A DNA stretch of 64,000 nt from Sulfurimonadaceae bacterium. GTDB lineage: Bacteria > Campylobacterota > Campylobacteria > Campylobacterales > Sulfurimonadaceae. The DNA is taken from assembly GCA_050292115.1 (NCBI GenBank), contig JBNKLA010000057.1, positions 239 to 64,238 of the forward strand, read 5' to 3'. The notes below the pieces were generated by a model. The model was given only the letters and a program-made list of their open reading frames with translations. It did not search any database and had not been told where the DNA came from. The stretch's first letter is position 1, and each line of letters begins with the position of its first letter. The translations under genes were made by a program, and so were the position numbers. Below are positions 54,608 to 64,000 of this stretch, piece after piece.

Positions 54608-55645
54608 CTAAAGAATTGTCTCACTAATCCATCCGCCGCCAAGTACGCGGTTATTTTCATAAAACACGGCGGCTTGTCCGGCGGCGACACCCAAAACCGG
54701 CTCATTTAGCGTGATAATGCCATGATCGTCTTGAAGCTCTACCTTACATGTAACGCCGGGATTGCGGTAGCGCAGTTTGACCTGACACTCAAATGTTGTT
54801 CGCGCATCAAACATATTGATATCGTGGATAATAACGCCGTTACACTCCAGTTTATCCCGTGTACCTACAACGATCTGATTGGTTTTGGGGCGAATCTCGA
54901 CAACATAATGCGGATCATGCGCGCCATGCACACTAAAGCCGCGGCGTTTTCCTATGGTGTAGTGCATGTAGCCTTTATGTTTACCCACTACATTACCCTC
55001 GATATCAAGCACGTCGCCCTCGTGATCGACATCGACGTAATCTTTAAGAACATCGGTGTACTCCGTTTCGACGAAGCAGATTTCGCTCGATTCAGCCTGC
55101 GTGGCAAAGCTCTCAAGCCCCGCAATAGATGCGGCTTTTGCCTTCACGTCGCTCTTGTGCGCACTGCCGAGAGGAAACAGCAGTCGCGGTACGATCTCCT
55201 TGTGGATATAAAAAAGAAAATAGCTCTGATCTTTACTATCGTCTTCGGCCTGCATTAGGTAGGTTCCATCCGTGCGGATATAGTGTCCCGTAGCGATATG
55301 ATATGCCCCAATCGAATCGGCAAAATCGGCCATGGCTCCAAACTTCATGGTACGGTTGCACAATGCACAAGGGTTAGGAGTTCGACCCTGTTTGTACGTA
55401 TCGATAAAGGGTAAAAAAACATTAGCTTCAAACGCATCTTGCAAATCGAGTATATGTAACGTCACTCCTATAAAATCCGCCGCCCTCTGCGCACGTGCAA
55501 GATGAATCTCATGATAGCCCGGTTTGGAGTGAAGCTTCATGTAAACGCCCTCAACCTCATAGCCCTGCTCTTTAAGCAGAAGTGCCGATATGGTCGAATC
55601 GACGCCACCGCTCATGCCGATGAGCACCTTGTTATTGGGCGTCAT
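54608..55645 (-). CDS. mnmA: tRNA 2-thiouridine(34) synthase
   Basis: GMSGGVDS PP-loop and conserved Cys residues. Confidence 0.93.
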   Translation of the reverse strand: MTPNNKVLIGMSGGVDSTISALLLKEQGYEVEGVYMKLHSKPGYHEIHLARAQRAADFIGVTLHILDLQDAFEANVFLPFIDTYKQGRTPNPCALCNRTMKFGAMADFADSIGAYHIATGHYIRTDGTYLMQAEDDSKDQSYFLFYIHKEIVPRLLFPLGSAHKSDVKAKAASIAGLESFATQAESSEICFVETEYTDVLKDYVDVDHEGDVLDIEGNVVGKHKGYMHYTIGKRRGFSVHGAHDPHYVVEIRPKTNQIVVGTRDKLECNGVIIHDINMFDARTTFECQVKLRYRNPGVTCKVELQDDHGIITLNEPVLGVAAGQAAVFYENNRVLGGGWISETIL

Positions 55646-56430
55646 TGCGAATCTTTGCCTTCACCGATCTGACGATCATCAAAGTAGTTGGCCAATAGCT
55701 GATAGTATTTGGTCTGTGCAAGACCCTCGTTTTCAAGCTCTTGTAGCTGCACGCGTAATGAGGCTTCGACCTGCTTTACGATATATGCCATATCATCGGT
55801 AAGACAGATAATATCAAGATCGGCTTGCGATATCATCCCCTCTTCAAGAAGCGAACTATTCAAAAACGCAATTAGCGGCGCATAAAAGTCACTTCCAACC
55901 AGAAAAATACGCTGGCCGATCATTTTACCGGTCTGAATCAGTGTCAAGGCTTCAAAGAGTTCATCAAGCGTTCCGAATCCTCCGGGAAAAATCACATAAG
56001 CCATCGAGTATTTGACCAGCATCACCTTACGCGAAAAGAAATAATCAAAACGCTGTGCTTTAGTGGTGTAGGGGTTGGCAATTTGCTCTTCGGGCAGTTC
56101 GATATTAAGCCCAATAGATTCTGCATAACCACGGTTTTGATACGCCCCTCGATTTGCCGCTTCCATAATACCCGGCCCACCGCCGGTAATCACGTTAAAA
56201 CCGTGCTTACCCAGTAGATCGCCAAGCTCCAGCGCCTTTTGATAGTAAGGATCATCCTCTTTAGTGCGGGCGCTTCCAAAAACGGTTACAGACGGGCCTA
56301 GCTCACCCAGTTCATCATACCCCTGCACAAAATCGGCAATAATCTTAAAAACGCTCCAGACGTCACCTGATTTAATATCCTGTACATACCGCTTGGATAC
56401 AGCTTCTCTAACCTGTTTTCGACGCTCCAT
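55642..56430 (-). CDS. LOG-family (TIGR00730) nucleotide phosphoribohydrolase-like protein
   Basis: GGGPGIMEA and PGGFGTLDELFE motifs. Confidence 0.85.
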   Translation of the reverse strand: MERRKQVREAVSKRYVQDIKSGDVWSVFKIIADFVQGYDELGELGPSVTVFGSARTKEDDPYYQKALELGDLLGKHGFNVITGGGPGIMEAANRGAYQNRGYAESIGLNIELPEEQIANPYTTKAQRFDYFFSRKVMLVKYSMAYVIFPGGFGTLDELFEALTLIQTGKMIGQRIFLVGSDFYAPLIAFLNSSLLEEGMISQADLDIICLTDDMAYIVKQVEASLRVQLQELENEGLAQTKYYQLLANYFDDRQIGEGKDSQ

Positions 56431-56438
56431 CTATCACC

Positions 56439-56448
56439 TTACATGTAA
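56439..56448. repeat. TTACATGTAA palindrome in a 22-nt intercistronic gap
   Basis: Minus-strand reading: TGA tgtg TTACATGTAA GGTGAtag ATG. The motif abuts the RBS of the LOG-family gene. Confidence 0.95.
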
Positions 56449-56452
56449 CACA

Positions 56453-57340
56453 TCAGCTTTTGAGCTGATTGAGCCGTTCGCGCTTGGTGCCTATTGAGGT
56501 GATCTGCACACCAAAGTTGCCGTCAACAATCACGACTTCACCTTGCGCCACCACATGATCATCTACCAAAATATCCAGCGGATCATTCGCCAGTTGGTTC
56601 AACTCTATCACCGAGCCGATATCCATACTTAGCACATCTTTAAGTAGCATCTTCTTTTTACCGATACGCACACGCACCGGAAGCTTAACATCCATGATAA
56701 GGCCGATATTTTTCATTTCGCCTTCATCAAGATTGGCCTCGGGGATATAACTTGCACCGCCGAAAGAGGATTGGCTCTGCGTTGCACTTGACGTTTTAGA
56801 AGCTTCGGGAGTTGTAGCGTTTGCTGAGCCTTGGAGTGCATCAACAAGTCCCTGATCCATCACTAGCATCATGAGTGAATTGATCGCGCCCAAAGAGAAG
56901 TTATAGACCTCCATTTTTACGAAGCCATCAATATTGACCTCCTGATCTTCAGGAACAAACTCGATATCATCTACTTTAAAACTCAATTTGGGCACTTCAT
57001 CTTGCGATGTAAGGGTTGTCGTTAGAGCACCAAGGATATTAGAGACAATCTCTTTGGCAGCATCGAGATCCTCATCATCCATTGTCTCCTTGCCTTCGCC
57101 TTCACCGCCAAGCATCAAGTCCCCAAGTGCCGTAGCCAATGAAGGTGGAAGCACCACAATCGCTTTGGCCTCTGCATCGCCGCTCACCCAAGCACGTATC
57201 AGCGAGGTTGGTGCGATGATATTAGAGACGACAGAGACATCCTCTTCTTCTTTAAACTCCAAAGAAGGAGCCTGCCCCGTCAAACTCTCGATAGTTGCGA
57301 TGGTCTCGTTTTCAAAGAGTTTTAAAAAATCTTTAATCAT
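56453..57340 (-). CDS. fliY: Flagellar motor switch protein FliY (FliN-domain C-terminus)
   Basis: The C-terminal segment VRIGKKKMLLKDVLSMDIGSVIELN...GEVVIVDGNFGVQI is SpoA/FliN-like. Confidence 0.85.
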   Translation of the reverse strand: MIKDFLKLFENETIATIESLTGQAPSLEFKEEEDVSVVSNIIAPTSLIRAWVSGDAEAKAIVVLPPSLATALGDLMLGGEGEGKETMDDEDLDAAKEIVSNILGALTTTLTSQDEVPKLSFKVDDIEFVPEDQEVNIDGFVKMEVYNFSLGAINSLMMLVMDQGLVDALQGSANATTPEASKTSSATQSQSSFGGASYIPEANLDEGEMKNIGLIMDVKLPVRVRIGKKKMLLKDVLSMDIGSVIELNQLANDPLDILVDDHVVAQGEVVIVDGNFGVQITSIGTKRERLNQLKS

Positions 57341-58449
57341 GCTTCTTCCTCCTCATCAAAGAAGTCATCTTCAGTGATGTCAATGATCTCTTTGGCACTA
57401 CTAATCTTCTCTTTACGTTTGGCTTCAAAATCTTGAAGCGCCCGTTTAACGGCATCTTTTTCCGTATCAATCACTTCGGTAACCGATACCGATTTTCTAA
57501 AACGCCGTAACCCGATTTCGCCTTTAAAACGCTCTTTACCATCAATGCTAAGCGTGACGATATCATCCGCAGGAGCTTTAAGACGAATAATATCCCCGTT
57601 ACTAAGCTCCAAAACCTCTTGTAGACTCAATTCCGCTTCGCCGAGGTCTGCTTCTACAATCACCTGCGCACCCCCAAGCAGTACTTGTAGCTCTTGATTT
57701 CGACTCTTTTTAGAGCTGGTCTCGTTAAGCATCAGATCACGACTCGCCAATTTAGGCAATACCGGTTCTAGCGCAATAACCGGATAACAGATATTCATCA
57801 TACCCGAAGAGTGGCCGATGATAATCTCCATTACTACCATTACGACGATCTCGTTTTGCGCGACGATCTGCACAACGTTGGGACTGGACTCTTTATTTTC
57901 GATCGTAGGATAGACATCGGTTACCGGTCCCCATGCTTCTTTAAGCGTACCCATCATTACCCGTAAGATAGTCTCAAAAAGGCTCAGTTCAATATCGGAA
58001 AACTCCCGATTGGACTCAAAAGGATCCCCTTTACCGCCCAACAGACGATCCAGCATCGGAAACGCAATCGAGGGGTTAATTTCCAAAACACCGCTGCCCT
58101 CAAGCGGTTTCATCGAAAAGACGTTAAAACTGGTCGGATTGGGAAGCGACATCAAAAATTCGCCATACGTCATTTGATCGACCGAATGCAGTTGTATCTC
58201 TACGATAGAGCGCATGATAGAGGAAATTTGCGAGCTCAAAGAGCGCGCCATCTTGTCATGAATACCCCGAAACGCCCGCAATTGCTCTTTAGAGACACGA
58301 TTGGGACGTTTAAAATCATACAGCGTAATCTGGCGTTGCGAAAAGAACGAATCGGAACTATCCGATTCCGCTTCTAGGGCGTCATCACCATCATCATCGA
58401 CAACGTCAAGTAGGGCATCGATCTCCTCTTGAGAAAGAATATCAGCCAT
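57337..58449 (-). CDS. fliM: Flagellar motor switch protein FliM
   Basis: MADILSQEEIDALL CheY-P-binding N-terminus and a FliM middle domain. Confidence 0.93.
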   Translation of the reverse strand: MADILSQEEIDALLDVVDDDGDDALEAESDSSDSFFSQRQITLYDFKRPNRVSKEQLRAFRGIHDKMARSLSSQISSIMRSIVEIQLHSVDQMTYGEFLMSLPNPTSFNVFSMKPLEGSGVLEINPSIAFPMLDRLLGGKGDPFESNREFSDIELSLFETILRVMMGTLKEAWGPVTDVYPTIENKESSPNVVQIVAQNEIVVMVVMEIIIGHSSGMMNICYPVIALEPVLPKLASRDLMLNETSSKKSRNQELQVLLGGAQVIVEADLGEAELSLQEVLELSNGDIIRLKAPADDIVTLSIDGKERFKGEIGLRRFRKSVSVTEVIDTEKDAVKRALQDFEAKRKEKISSAKEIIDITEDDFFDEEEEA

Positions 58450-59137
58450 CGTGTTCTCCCAATACGTTTTGAATTTTGCGTATTACCGACTTATGTATCT
58501 GCGAGATTCGCGATTCGGTGATGCCCAAAATGTCACTAATCTCTTTTAGCGTTAACTCTTCAAAATAGTAGAGTTGGATAATCAACTGTTCACGTTCATT
58601 ATAGCGCGATAAAATCGTTTTAATCACTTCCACCAACTCATCACGCTCAATACGCGCCAAAGTGGCACCTTCATCACCTACGCCCAACTGATCATCCAGT
58701 GGCATCACGGCATAGATCTCCGATGCCACACGCGCTTCGCGAATCTTTTCAATATCCTCTTCAAGCATTTCAGAAAGCTCCTGATCCGAAGGCTCTTCAT
58801 CATGATTGCCCAGATACAGATCAATCGCCTTATTGATCTGTTTCACCAGCTTACGATTTGAACGGCTTAACACATCTAGCGAGCGCAAATAATCTAACAT
58901 CGCTCCATAAACCCGAGTTTTGGCATAGCCCCAAAATGAATCGTTTTGCTTCTCATCGTAGCGGCGTGCGAGTTTTACCAACTCTTCGGTACCGATGGCG
59001 GAAAGATCCATATAATCGACCGAACTGGGCAGACGCTCTTTGAGGCGAAACGACATCGCTTTAACCGCGGGAAGGTATTGCAGTGCCAACTGATCACGCT
59101 GATGTTTCAGTTCGCTCTCATACCCTTCAACGCTCAT
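58442..59137 (-). CDS. fliA: Flagellar sigma factor FliA (sigma-28)
   Basis: Sigma-70 regions 2-4 (e.g. LKEISDILGITESRISQIH) within the flagellar operon context. Confidence 0.9.
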   Translation of the reverse strand: MSVEGYESELKHQRDQLALQYLPAVKAMSFRLKERLPSSVDYMDLSAIGTEELVKLARRYDEKQNDSFWGYAKTRVYGAMLDYLRSLDVLSRSNRKLVKQINKAIDLYLGNHDEEPSDQELSEMLEEDIEKIREARVASEIYAVMPLDDQLGVGDEGATLARIERDELVEVIKTILSRYNEREQLIIQLYYFEELTLKEISDILGITESRISQIHKSVIRKIQNVLGEHDG

Positions 59138-59433
59138 GCTACTTGTCCCTTGTTATCGTACTTATCATCAATCATCAGTTCACGTTTATTAATTTCACGT
59201 ACAAAAAAGTCTAAATCTTTCTCATGTCCCATTTTAGGAAAAAAAGTCGGCTTGCTCGTTAGAGTACCCACATAAAATGCCACAAAAAGGTGTGAAAAAA
59301 GATAAAAAAAGATGCTAATCGAAAAGGTATAACTTAGAAGCTCAAAGGCACTCTCCGACTTTAACAGCGCAAAGACGACTCCGATAAAAAAACCGCCTAC
59401 CGTAAAGAATGAGACAAAGTTGGCACCACGCAT
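59134..59433 (-). CDS. Small membrane protein conserved between flhG and fliA
   Basis: 99 aa with two or three hydrophobic helices. Overlaps the fliA start. Confidence 0.55.
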   Translation of the reverse strand: MRGANFVSFFTVGGFFIGVVFALLKSESAFELLSYTFSISIFFYLFSHLFVAFYVGTLTSKPTFFPKMGHEKDLDFFVREINKRELMIDDKYDNKGQVA

Positions 59434-59454
59434 CGCTTCTTTGCTCCTTGCATC

Positions 59455-60327
59455 TTAAAAATGTTCCATCAAACGCTTAAATAGCCCGCTAAGACCACTG
59501 TCTGAGGGTGTAGAAAGCACATTGTGTTCCAATTTTTTGGCGAGATTGCCTACAATCTTTTCAATATCGCGTGTCGCCTGTATACTTGGCATCTCTTTGG
59601 CAAAAAGTGTGCGCTTTTTAATGCAGAGCGCCACTTTGGCATCGTAGTTGATTTTACCCAGATAATTCAGCATAAGCTGATCTCCAATATTGAGCCGCGC
59701 CACTTTTTTAATCTTTTCAAAAACGGCAATTGCCTCTTTATCGCCGTGAACCTGATTCATTACCACATCAATCTGCGTGCGAATACGCGAGGTTACTTTA
59801 ATGGTCGCATAGGCATCGGTAATTGCCGCAGGGTCAGGCACCGTCACCACCACCACGTCATCTGCCGCTTTTAAAAAGAGCTGGGTGTGTTCGCCGATTC
59901 CCGCGCCCGTGTCGATAATCATCACATCAATGTCATCAAGCGCATGGGCATTTTGCATAAAACGCTCAAACATCGTTGAAGAGGCGTATTTTAAAATCTC
60001 TTCACCGCTCTCACCCGGAATCAAAATCAGATTGGGTGCAATCGGAATCAAAATATCCGAAACTTCGGCTTCACCTTTGAGTACATGTAAGATGGTCTTT
60101 TTGATCTTAACGTTAAACATCACATCCAGATTGGCCAGCCCGATATCGGCATCAAATATGGCCACTTTCAGACCGCTTTGCGCCAAAAGATACGCTATAT
60201 TAGCGCTAATAGTACTTTTGCCCACTCCGCCTTTACCACTCGTTACGGCTATAAATCGCGTCTTTTTGGAACTGCTACTATGACGCTCTTTCACCAGCGC
60301 TTCGAGTTTTGCCGCCTGATGTTTCAT
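59455..60327 (-). CDS. flhG: MinD/ParA-type flagellar number regulator FlhG
   Basis: TSGKGGVGKST deviant Walker A; immediately downstream of flhF. Confidence 0.9.
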   Translation of the reverse strand: MKHQAAKLEALVKERHSSSSKKTRFIAVTSGKGGVGKSTISANIAYLLAQSGLKVAIFDADIGLANLDVMFNVKIKKTILHVLKGEAEVSDILIPIAPNLILIPGESGEEILKYASSTMFERFMQNAHALDDIDVMIIDTGAGIGEHTQLFLKAADDVVVVTVPDPAAITDAYATIKVTSRIRTQIDVVMNQVHGDKEAIAVFEKIKKVARLNIGDQLMLNYLGKINYDAKVALCIKKRTLFAKEMPSIQATRDIEKIVGNLAKKLEHNVLSTPSDSGLSGLFKRLMEHF

Positions 60328-61571
60328 GAGGCGTTTCCTTTATGGAAGCCGTGAAGCAAACACTCAATCAAATATTCACTGCTGGCAACGACCAAATCTT
60401 CAGGTACCTCCTGTCCGATCGAGAGGTAACTAATCGGCACTTTCGTCGCAAAAGAGAGTGAAAAAAGATTGCCAAAGCCTCGCGTCTCATCCAATTTGGT
60501 AAACATCATCGTATCAATTCCAAGCGTCTCAAAATTGTCATAAGTAGCTTTGAGATCGTCATATTTAATGGAGCTGGGCATCACCAGTACCACATCGATG
60601 TCATACGCGCTGTCGGTGCCTTGAAGGCATTCATAGATCGTCTCGATTTTCGCCTTGTCGTAAGGCGAACTTCCCATGGTATCAATCAAAATATAGTCAC
60701 AATAGTGCAGTGCCTGAAGCGCTCCGGCAAACTCGGGCGGATCGACTACCGTCTCAATACCGAGCTTCATCATACGCGCATACTGCATCAGCTGCTCCAC
60801 CGCACCGATACGGTAGGTATCCAGCACCACAAGACCCACTTTGTACCGCTTTTGCATCAGATACGAATAGCGTGCGGCCAATTTGGCAATAGAGGTGGTT
60901 TTTCCCACACCCGTCGGACCCACCAGCATAATCACCTTTTTTTGACCGTTTTTAAGCGGTTGCTCCGCTCGCACGGGGATCATCTTGCGCAGCAGGGTTT
61001 GAAAATAGCGCTTGACCGTTTCGGTGTTGTCACGCATCTTTAAAGGCATATGCTCCAGTGTTAGCGCCATAATCGCATCGAGATGATCGGGATTCATGCC
61101 GCTCTGTTTGGCCAGACGGTAAATCTCGGAAAATTCGGGCGGAATTGCCGTTGCCATATCGGGACGGCGTTCATCCCAAAACATATTTTGAATCGATTTT
61201 ACCTTATCGCCAAGCTTGGAGATCTCTTTTTTGATCTCTTTAAGCTCTTCGCTCTCTTTGGGCTGTAGCGACGCACTTGTTTCGGTCACATCGGCAATTT
61301 TAGAGATCTGCTTTGCGGCCTCGGAGATATTAAAGAGCACATCGCTACTCTCTTGCGAGAGCGGTTTTTGCTGTTGTAGCGGTTTCTTGGGTTTTTTAGG
61401 TTTAATGTCATTTTCATCTACACCGACCACAATTTCATAAAGCGCACTTTGTCCCAGTGCTTTTTTTTGCAGTTGGCGCGTTTCAATTAGCATCGCGTCG
61501 CTACCCACGGCCTCTTGTGCCTTTTTTAGTGCTTCAGCGGGCGATGTGCCGCTAAACGTCAAAACCTTCAC
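60324..61571 (-). CDS. flhF: SRP-type GTPase FlhF
   Basis: GPTGVGKTTSIAKLA, DTYR and TKLDET motifs. Confidence 0.9.
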   Translation of the reverse strand: MKVLTFSGTSPAEALKKAQEAVGSDAMLIETRQLQKKALGQSALYEIVVGVDENDIKPKKPKKPLQQQKPLSQESSDVLFNISEAAKQISKIADVTETSASLQPKESEELKEIKKEISKLGDKVKSIQNMFWDERRPDMATAIPPEFSEIYRLAKQSGMNPDHLDAIMALTLEHMPLKMRDNTETVKRYFQTLLRKMIPVRAEQPLKNGQKKVIMLVGPTGVGKTTSIAKLAARYSYLMQKRYKVGLVVLDTYRIGAVEQLMQYARMMKLGIETVVDPPEFAGALQALHYCDYILIDTMGSSPYDKAKIETIYECLQGTDSAYDIDVVLVMPSSIKYDDLKATYDNFETLGIDTMMFTKLDETRGFGNLFSLSFATKVPISYLSIGQEVPEDLVVASSEYLIECLLHGFHKGNAS

Positions 61572-61580
61572 GCTAAACCT

Positions 61581-62069
61581 TTACATGTAGAGCATACTAA
61601 GCGGTATGACCACGCTTGCACGCTCTGCCCAATGGGGATGCGGTATCCGTAAACGCGGCGTATCTACCACCCTGCCGTCAAAAAAAAGAATATCCAAATC
61701 GAGTGTTCTCGGCGCATTCGCAAAACTGCGTTTACGCCCAAAACGCTTCTCGGTATGCAATAAAAAATCCAAAAAACGTTGTGGAGTAAGTGACGTTTTG
61801 AGCGCCAATACCGCGTTGTAAAAATCCGCTTGATCACTAAAACCAAAAGGCGGATTCTTCAGAATCGGACTACTGCTACACAGCGTCACGACACGCTGGC
61901 GGCGCAACCATGCAATCAGATGATAAAAGCGGCGGCGCACATCGCCGACATTGCCGCCAATCCCGATCACAGCCGTATGGCGTAACGCGGAATCGCATCG
62001 ATAACGGGCAGGAAAACGGCGGTCTTTATAGAGTGTCAGAGTATCATTAAACCGTTGCGCCACTGCCAC
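61581..62069 (-). CDS. folK: HPPK (2-amino-4-hydroxy-6-hydroxymethyldihydropteridine pyrophosphokinase)
   Basis: RTLDLDILFF and IPHPHWAERASV motifs. The stop codon lies inside a TTACATGTAG motif variant. Confidence 0.85.
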   Translation of the reverse strand: MAVAQRFNDTLTLYKDRRFPARYRCDSALRHTAVIGIGGNVGDVRRRFYHLIAWLRRQRVVTLCSSSPILKNPPFGFSDQADFYNAVLALKTSLTPQRFLDFLLHTEKRFGRKRSFANAPRTLDLDILFFDGRVVDTPRLRIPHPHWAERASVVIPLSMLYM

Positions 62070-62080
62070 ATTACGCCTTT

Positions 62081-62563
62081 TTATTGCTGTGCTTGCTGTT
62101 GTGCGGCTTGCTGCTGTTTGAGTGCGTTGATTTCGTTGAGCACCTGTGCCATGCCGATCATCGCCAAATGGTAACTAAACGGCCCAAAACCGATGATTGA
62201 AGAAGCACATACCGGAGCGATCATGCTCTTTTGACGGAACTCTTCGCGGCGGTTGATGTTGCTAATATGCACTTCGATCGTCGGTAAACCTACCGCTGAG
62301 ATGGCATCGCGAATCGCAATTGAGGTGTGCGTATAGGCGGCGGGGTTGATGATAATGCCGTCGGCATCGCCATAACACTCTTGAATTTTATCGACAATTT
62401 CACCCTCTAAATTGCTTTGAAAAAACTCGACCTCAAGGTTATTGTCATCGGCGAACGATTTCATCTGTGCGTGAATCTGCTCCAGTTTCATCGGTCCGTA
62501 AATATTTTGCTCACGTACGCCGAGCATATTGAGATTGGGGCCTTGTATTACGACTACTTTCAT
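62081..62563 (-). CDS. aroQ: Type II 3-dehydroquinate dehydratase
   Basis: [29 protein letters not shown] and EVHISN motifs. Confidence 0.93.
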   Translation of the reverse strand: MKVVVIQGPNLNMLGVREQNIYGPMKLEQIHAQMKSFADDNNLEVEFFQSNLEGEIVDKIQECYGDADGIIINPAAYTHTSIAIRDAISAVGLPTIEVHISNINRREEFRQKSMIAPVCASSIIGFGPFSYHLAMIGMAQVLNEINALKQQQAAQQQAQQ

Positions 62564-62665
62564 TATTTTCCTTATGCTTAATTGTTGCGGTATATTATAG
62601 ATAAAATCGCATTGTAAAGTGCTTATGGGTAAGATTAGATTTCATTTCGCTTACAAGGCCATAGA

Positions 62666-63886
62666 GTGACTATTATCCAGCCCGATTATATTTTAACACC
62701 GCATACCCTGCTTGAAAAACAGGCCGTGGCATTTGAAAAAACGATTGTTGCCATTGGTCCGATAGACGATCTCAAAAGTGCGTATCCCGATGCCAAGATC
62801 GTTACATGTAAGCCCAATTCGCTCTTGATGCCGGGACTGATTAACGCACATGTGCATCTTGAATTTAGCGCCAATAAAACCACACTGGAGTATGGAAACT
62901 TTTTACCGTGGCTCTATTCGGTGATCAAAAATCGTGATGATCTTATTACTACATGTAACACCGAATGTATGCAAAAAGCGGTTGCGATGATGTTGCACTC
63001 GGGCATTACCACTTTTGGAGCTATCAGTTCGCACGGATATGATCTCGAAGCCGCCGAAGTCGCGCCGCAAAACGTGCTGTTTTTCAATGAGCTTATCGGT
63101 TCGCAAGCCGCCATGGCCGATGCACTGTATACCGACTTTTTAGAGCGGCTTGACAACTCCAAAAAAATCACGCGCGAAGGCTTTATGCCCGCCATTGCCA
63201 TCCACTCGCCCTATTCGGTGCATCCGATTTTGATTAAACGTGCGCTTGAGATGGCCACAAACGAAAACCTGCCGTTAAGTGCGCACTATATGGAGTCGCC
63301 CGCCGAGCGCGAATGGCTAGATGAAAACCGTGGCGATTTTGCGCCCTTTTTCAAAGATTTTCTCAACATGGAGTACGCCGTTAACCGCTCTGAGGAGTTT
63401 TTAGAGCTTTTTGACGATACCCCAACGCTCATGACCCATGTGGTGCACGCCTCAAAACCAGAGCTTGAGATGCTAAAAAACGGCGATCATACCGTGGTGC
63501 ACTGCCCTATTTCAAACCGTCTACTCGGAAACGGTGCCATCGATTTGGATGCGCTTGAAAACGAAGGTATTTCATGGCTACTAGCCACAGACGGGCTAAG
63601 CTCAAACTACACACTCGATCTTTTTGAAGAGATGAAAATCGCACTCTTTATGCACCACGGGTCAGATCTGATACCGCTGGCACAAAAGCTTATTGAGAGT
63701 GTTACATGTAACGCCGCCAAAGCGCTCAATCTCAACACTGGAAGTATCGAAATCGGTAAACAGGCCGATATGCTTCTGTTTAATCTTGATGAAGCTCCAA
63801 ACGAGCAACTTACCCTGCATCTGCTACTGCACCGCTACCCGATTAGCGACATTTTTATTCGCGGTAAACGTTATGAAGGATTTTGA
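62666..63886 (+). CDS. Amidohydrolase-superfamily deaminase/chlorohydrolase (possibly aminofutalosine deaminase-like)
   Basis: GTG start. Metal-binding GLINAHVHLEFS and the later HxxH / D motifs of the amidohydrolase fold. Confidence 0.75.
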   Translation: MTIIQPDYILTPHTLLEKQAVAFEKTIVAIGPIDDLKSAYPDAKIVTCKPNSLLMPGLINAHVHLEFSANKTTLEYGNFLPWLYSVIKNRDDLITTCNTECMQKAVAMMLHSGITTFGAISSHGYDLEAAEVAPQNVLFFNELIGSQAAMADALYTDFLERLDNSKKITREGFMPAIAIHSPYSVHPILIKRALEMATNENLPLSAHYMESPAEREWLDENRGDFAPFFKDFLNMEYAVNRSEEFLELFDDTPTLMTHVVHASKPELEMLKNGDHTVVHCPISNRLLGNGAIDLDALENEGISWLLATDGLSSNYTLDLFEEMKIALFMHHGSDLIPLAQKLIESVTCNAAKALNLNTGSIEIGKQADMLLFNLDEAPNEQLTLHLLLHRYPISDIFIRGKRYEGF

Positions 63887-63916
63887 TAGAATAAACTAAA
63901 AAAAGGAACCGTAACC

Positions 63917-64000
63917 ATGTCACGTTTTACAGAGGGAATGCACCAGCTATTTTTGCCACTCACGACAACGATCAAATTTATTCAAAACCACTTTAAAGCG
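63917..64000 (+). CDS. 5' fragment of an unidentified ORF that runs off the window
   Basis: ATG preceded by AAGGAA. Only 28 codons (MSRFTEGMHQLFLPLTTTIKFIQNHFKA) are visible. Confidence 0.3.
   Translation, partial: MSRFTEGMHQLFLPLTTTIKFIQNHFKA

Noticed and set aside
1-64000. A search for tRNA, rRNA, tmRNA, 4.5S RNA, integrase, transposase or prophage genes.
   Set aside because: None was recognised by eye. All intergenic gaps are 263 bp or shorter and show promoter- or terminator-like features only. A covariance-model scan would be needed to exclude small RNAs.

Overview
This is a 64 kb chromosomal segment with about 60 protein-coding genes that looks like Campylobacterota (epsilonproteobacteria). 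The flhF-flhG-(small membrane protein)-fliA-fliM-fliY block preceded by aroQ-folK matches, from memory, the Helicobacter/Campylobacter arrangement, as does the HP0958-like zinc-ribbon protein next to NIF3. Most of the window is housekeeping: plsY-folB, dnaK-grpE, rpsP-KH-rimM-trmD-rplS, ffh, waaA, msbA, lgt, hemN, mnmA, and ppk1/ppk2/ppx. It also holds several two-component and c-di-GMP signalling genes, a surface-polysaccharide locus (5.4-10.8 kb), a rhodanese lipoprotein with a DASS anion transporter, and a nine-haem lipoprotein cytochrome. I found no rRNA, tRNA, CRISPR array, transposase or integrase. Four things stand out. (1) The perfect 10-bp palindrome TTACATGTAA is heavily over-represented, with at least 28 exact copies plus many one-mismatch copies. 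It lies inside genes in both stop-free frames, is enriched in short intergenic gaps, and twice forms inverted pairs downstream of genes. (2) An AT-richer two-gene islet (27.7-29.9 kb) encodes a ParA-like ATPase translationally coupled to an AlbA_2/Schlafen-type protein, which I treat as a candidate defence or addiction module. (3) A cytoplasmic four-gene operon encodes an M20 peptidase, two ATP-grasp ligases and a giant M14 carboxypeptidase, suggesting an amino-acid tail ligation and trimming system. (4) Four AACGTT palindromes sit at exact 11-bp phasing upstream of the rhodanese gene. All coordinates and motif counts come from reading by eye, and protein family calls come from recognised motifs, not from database searches.
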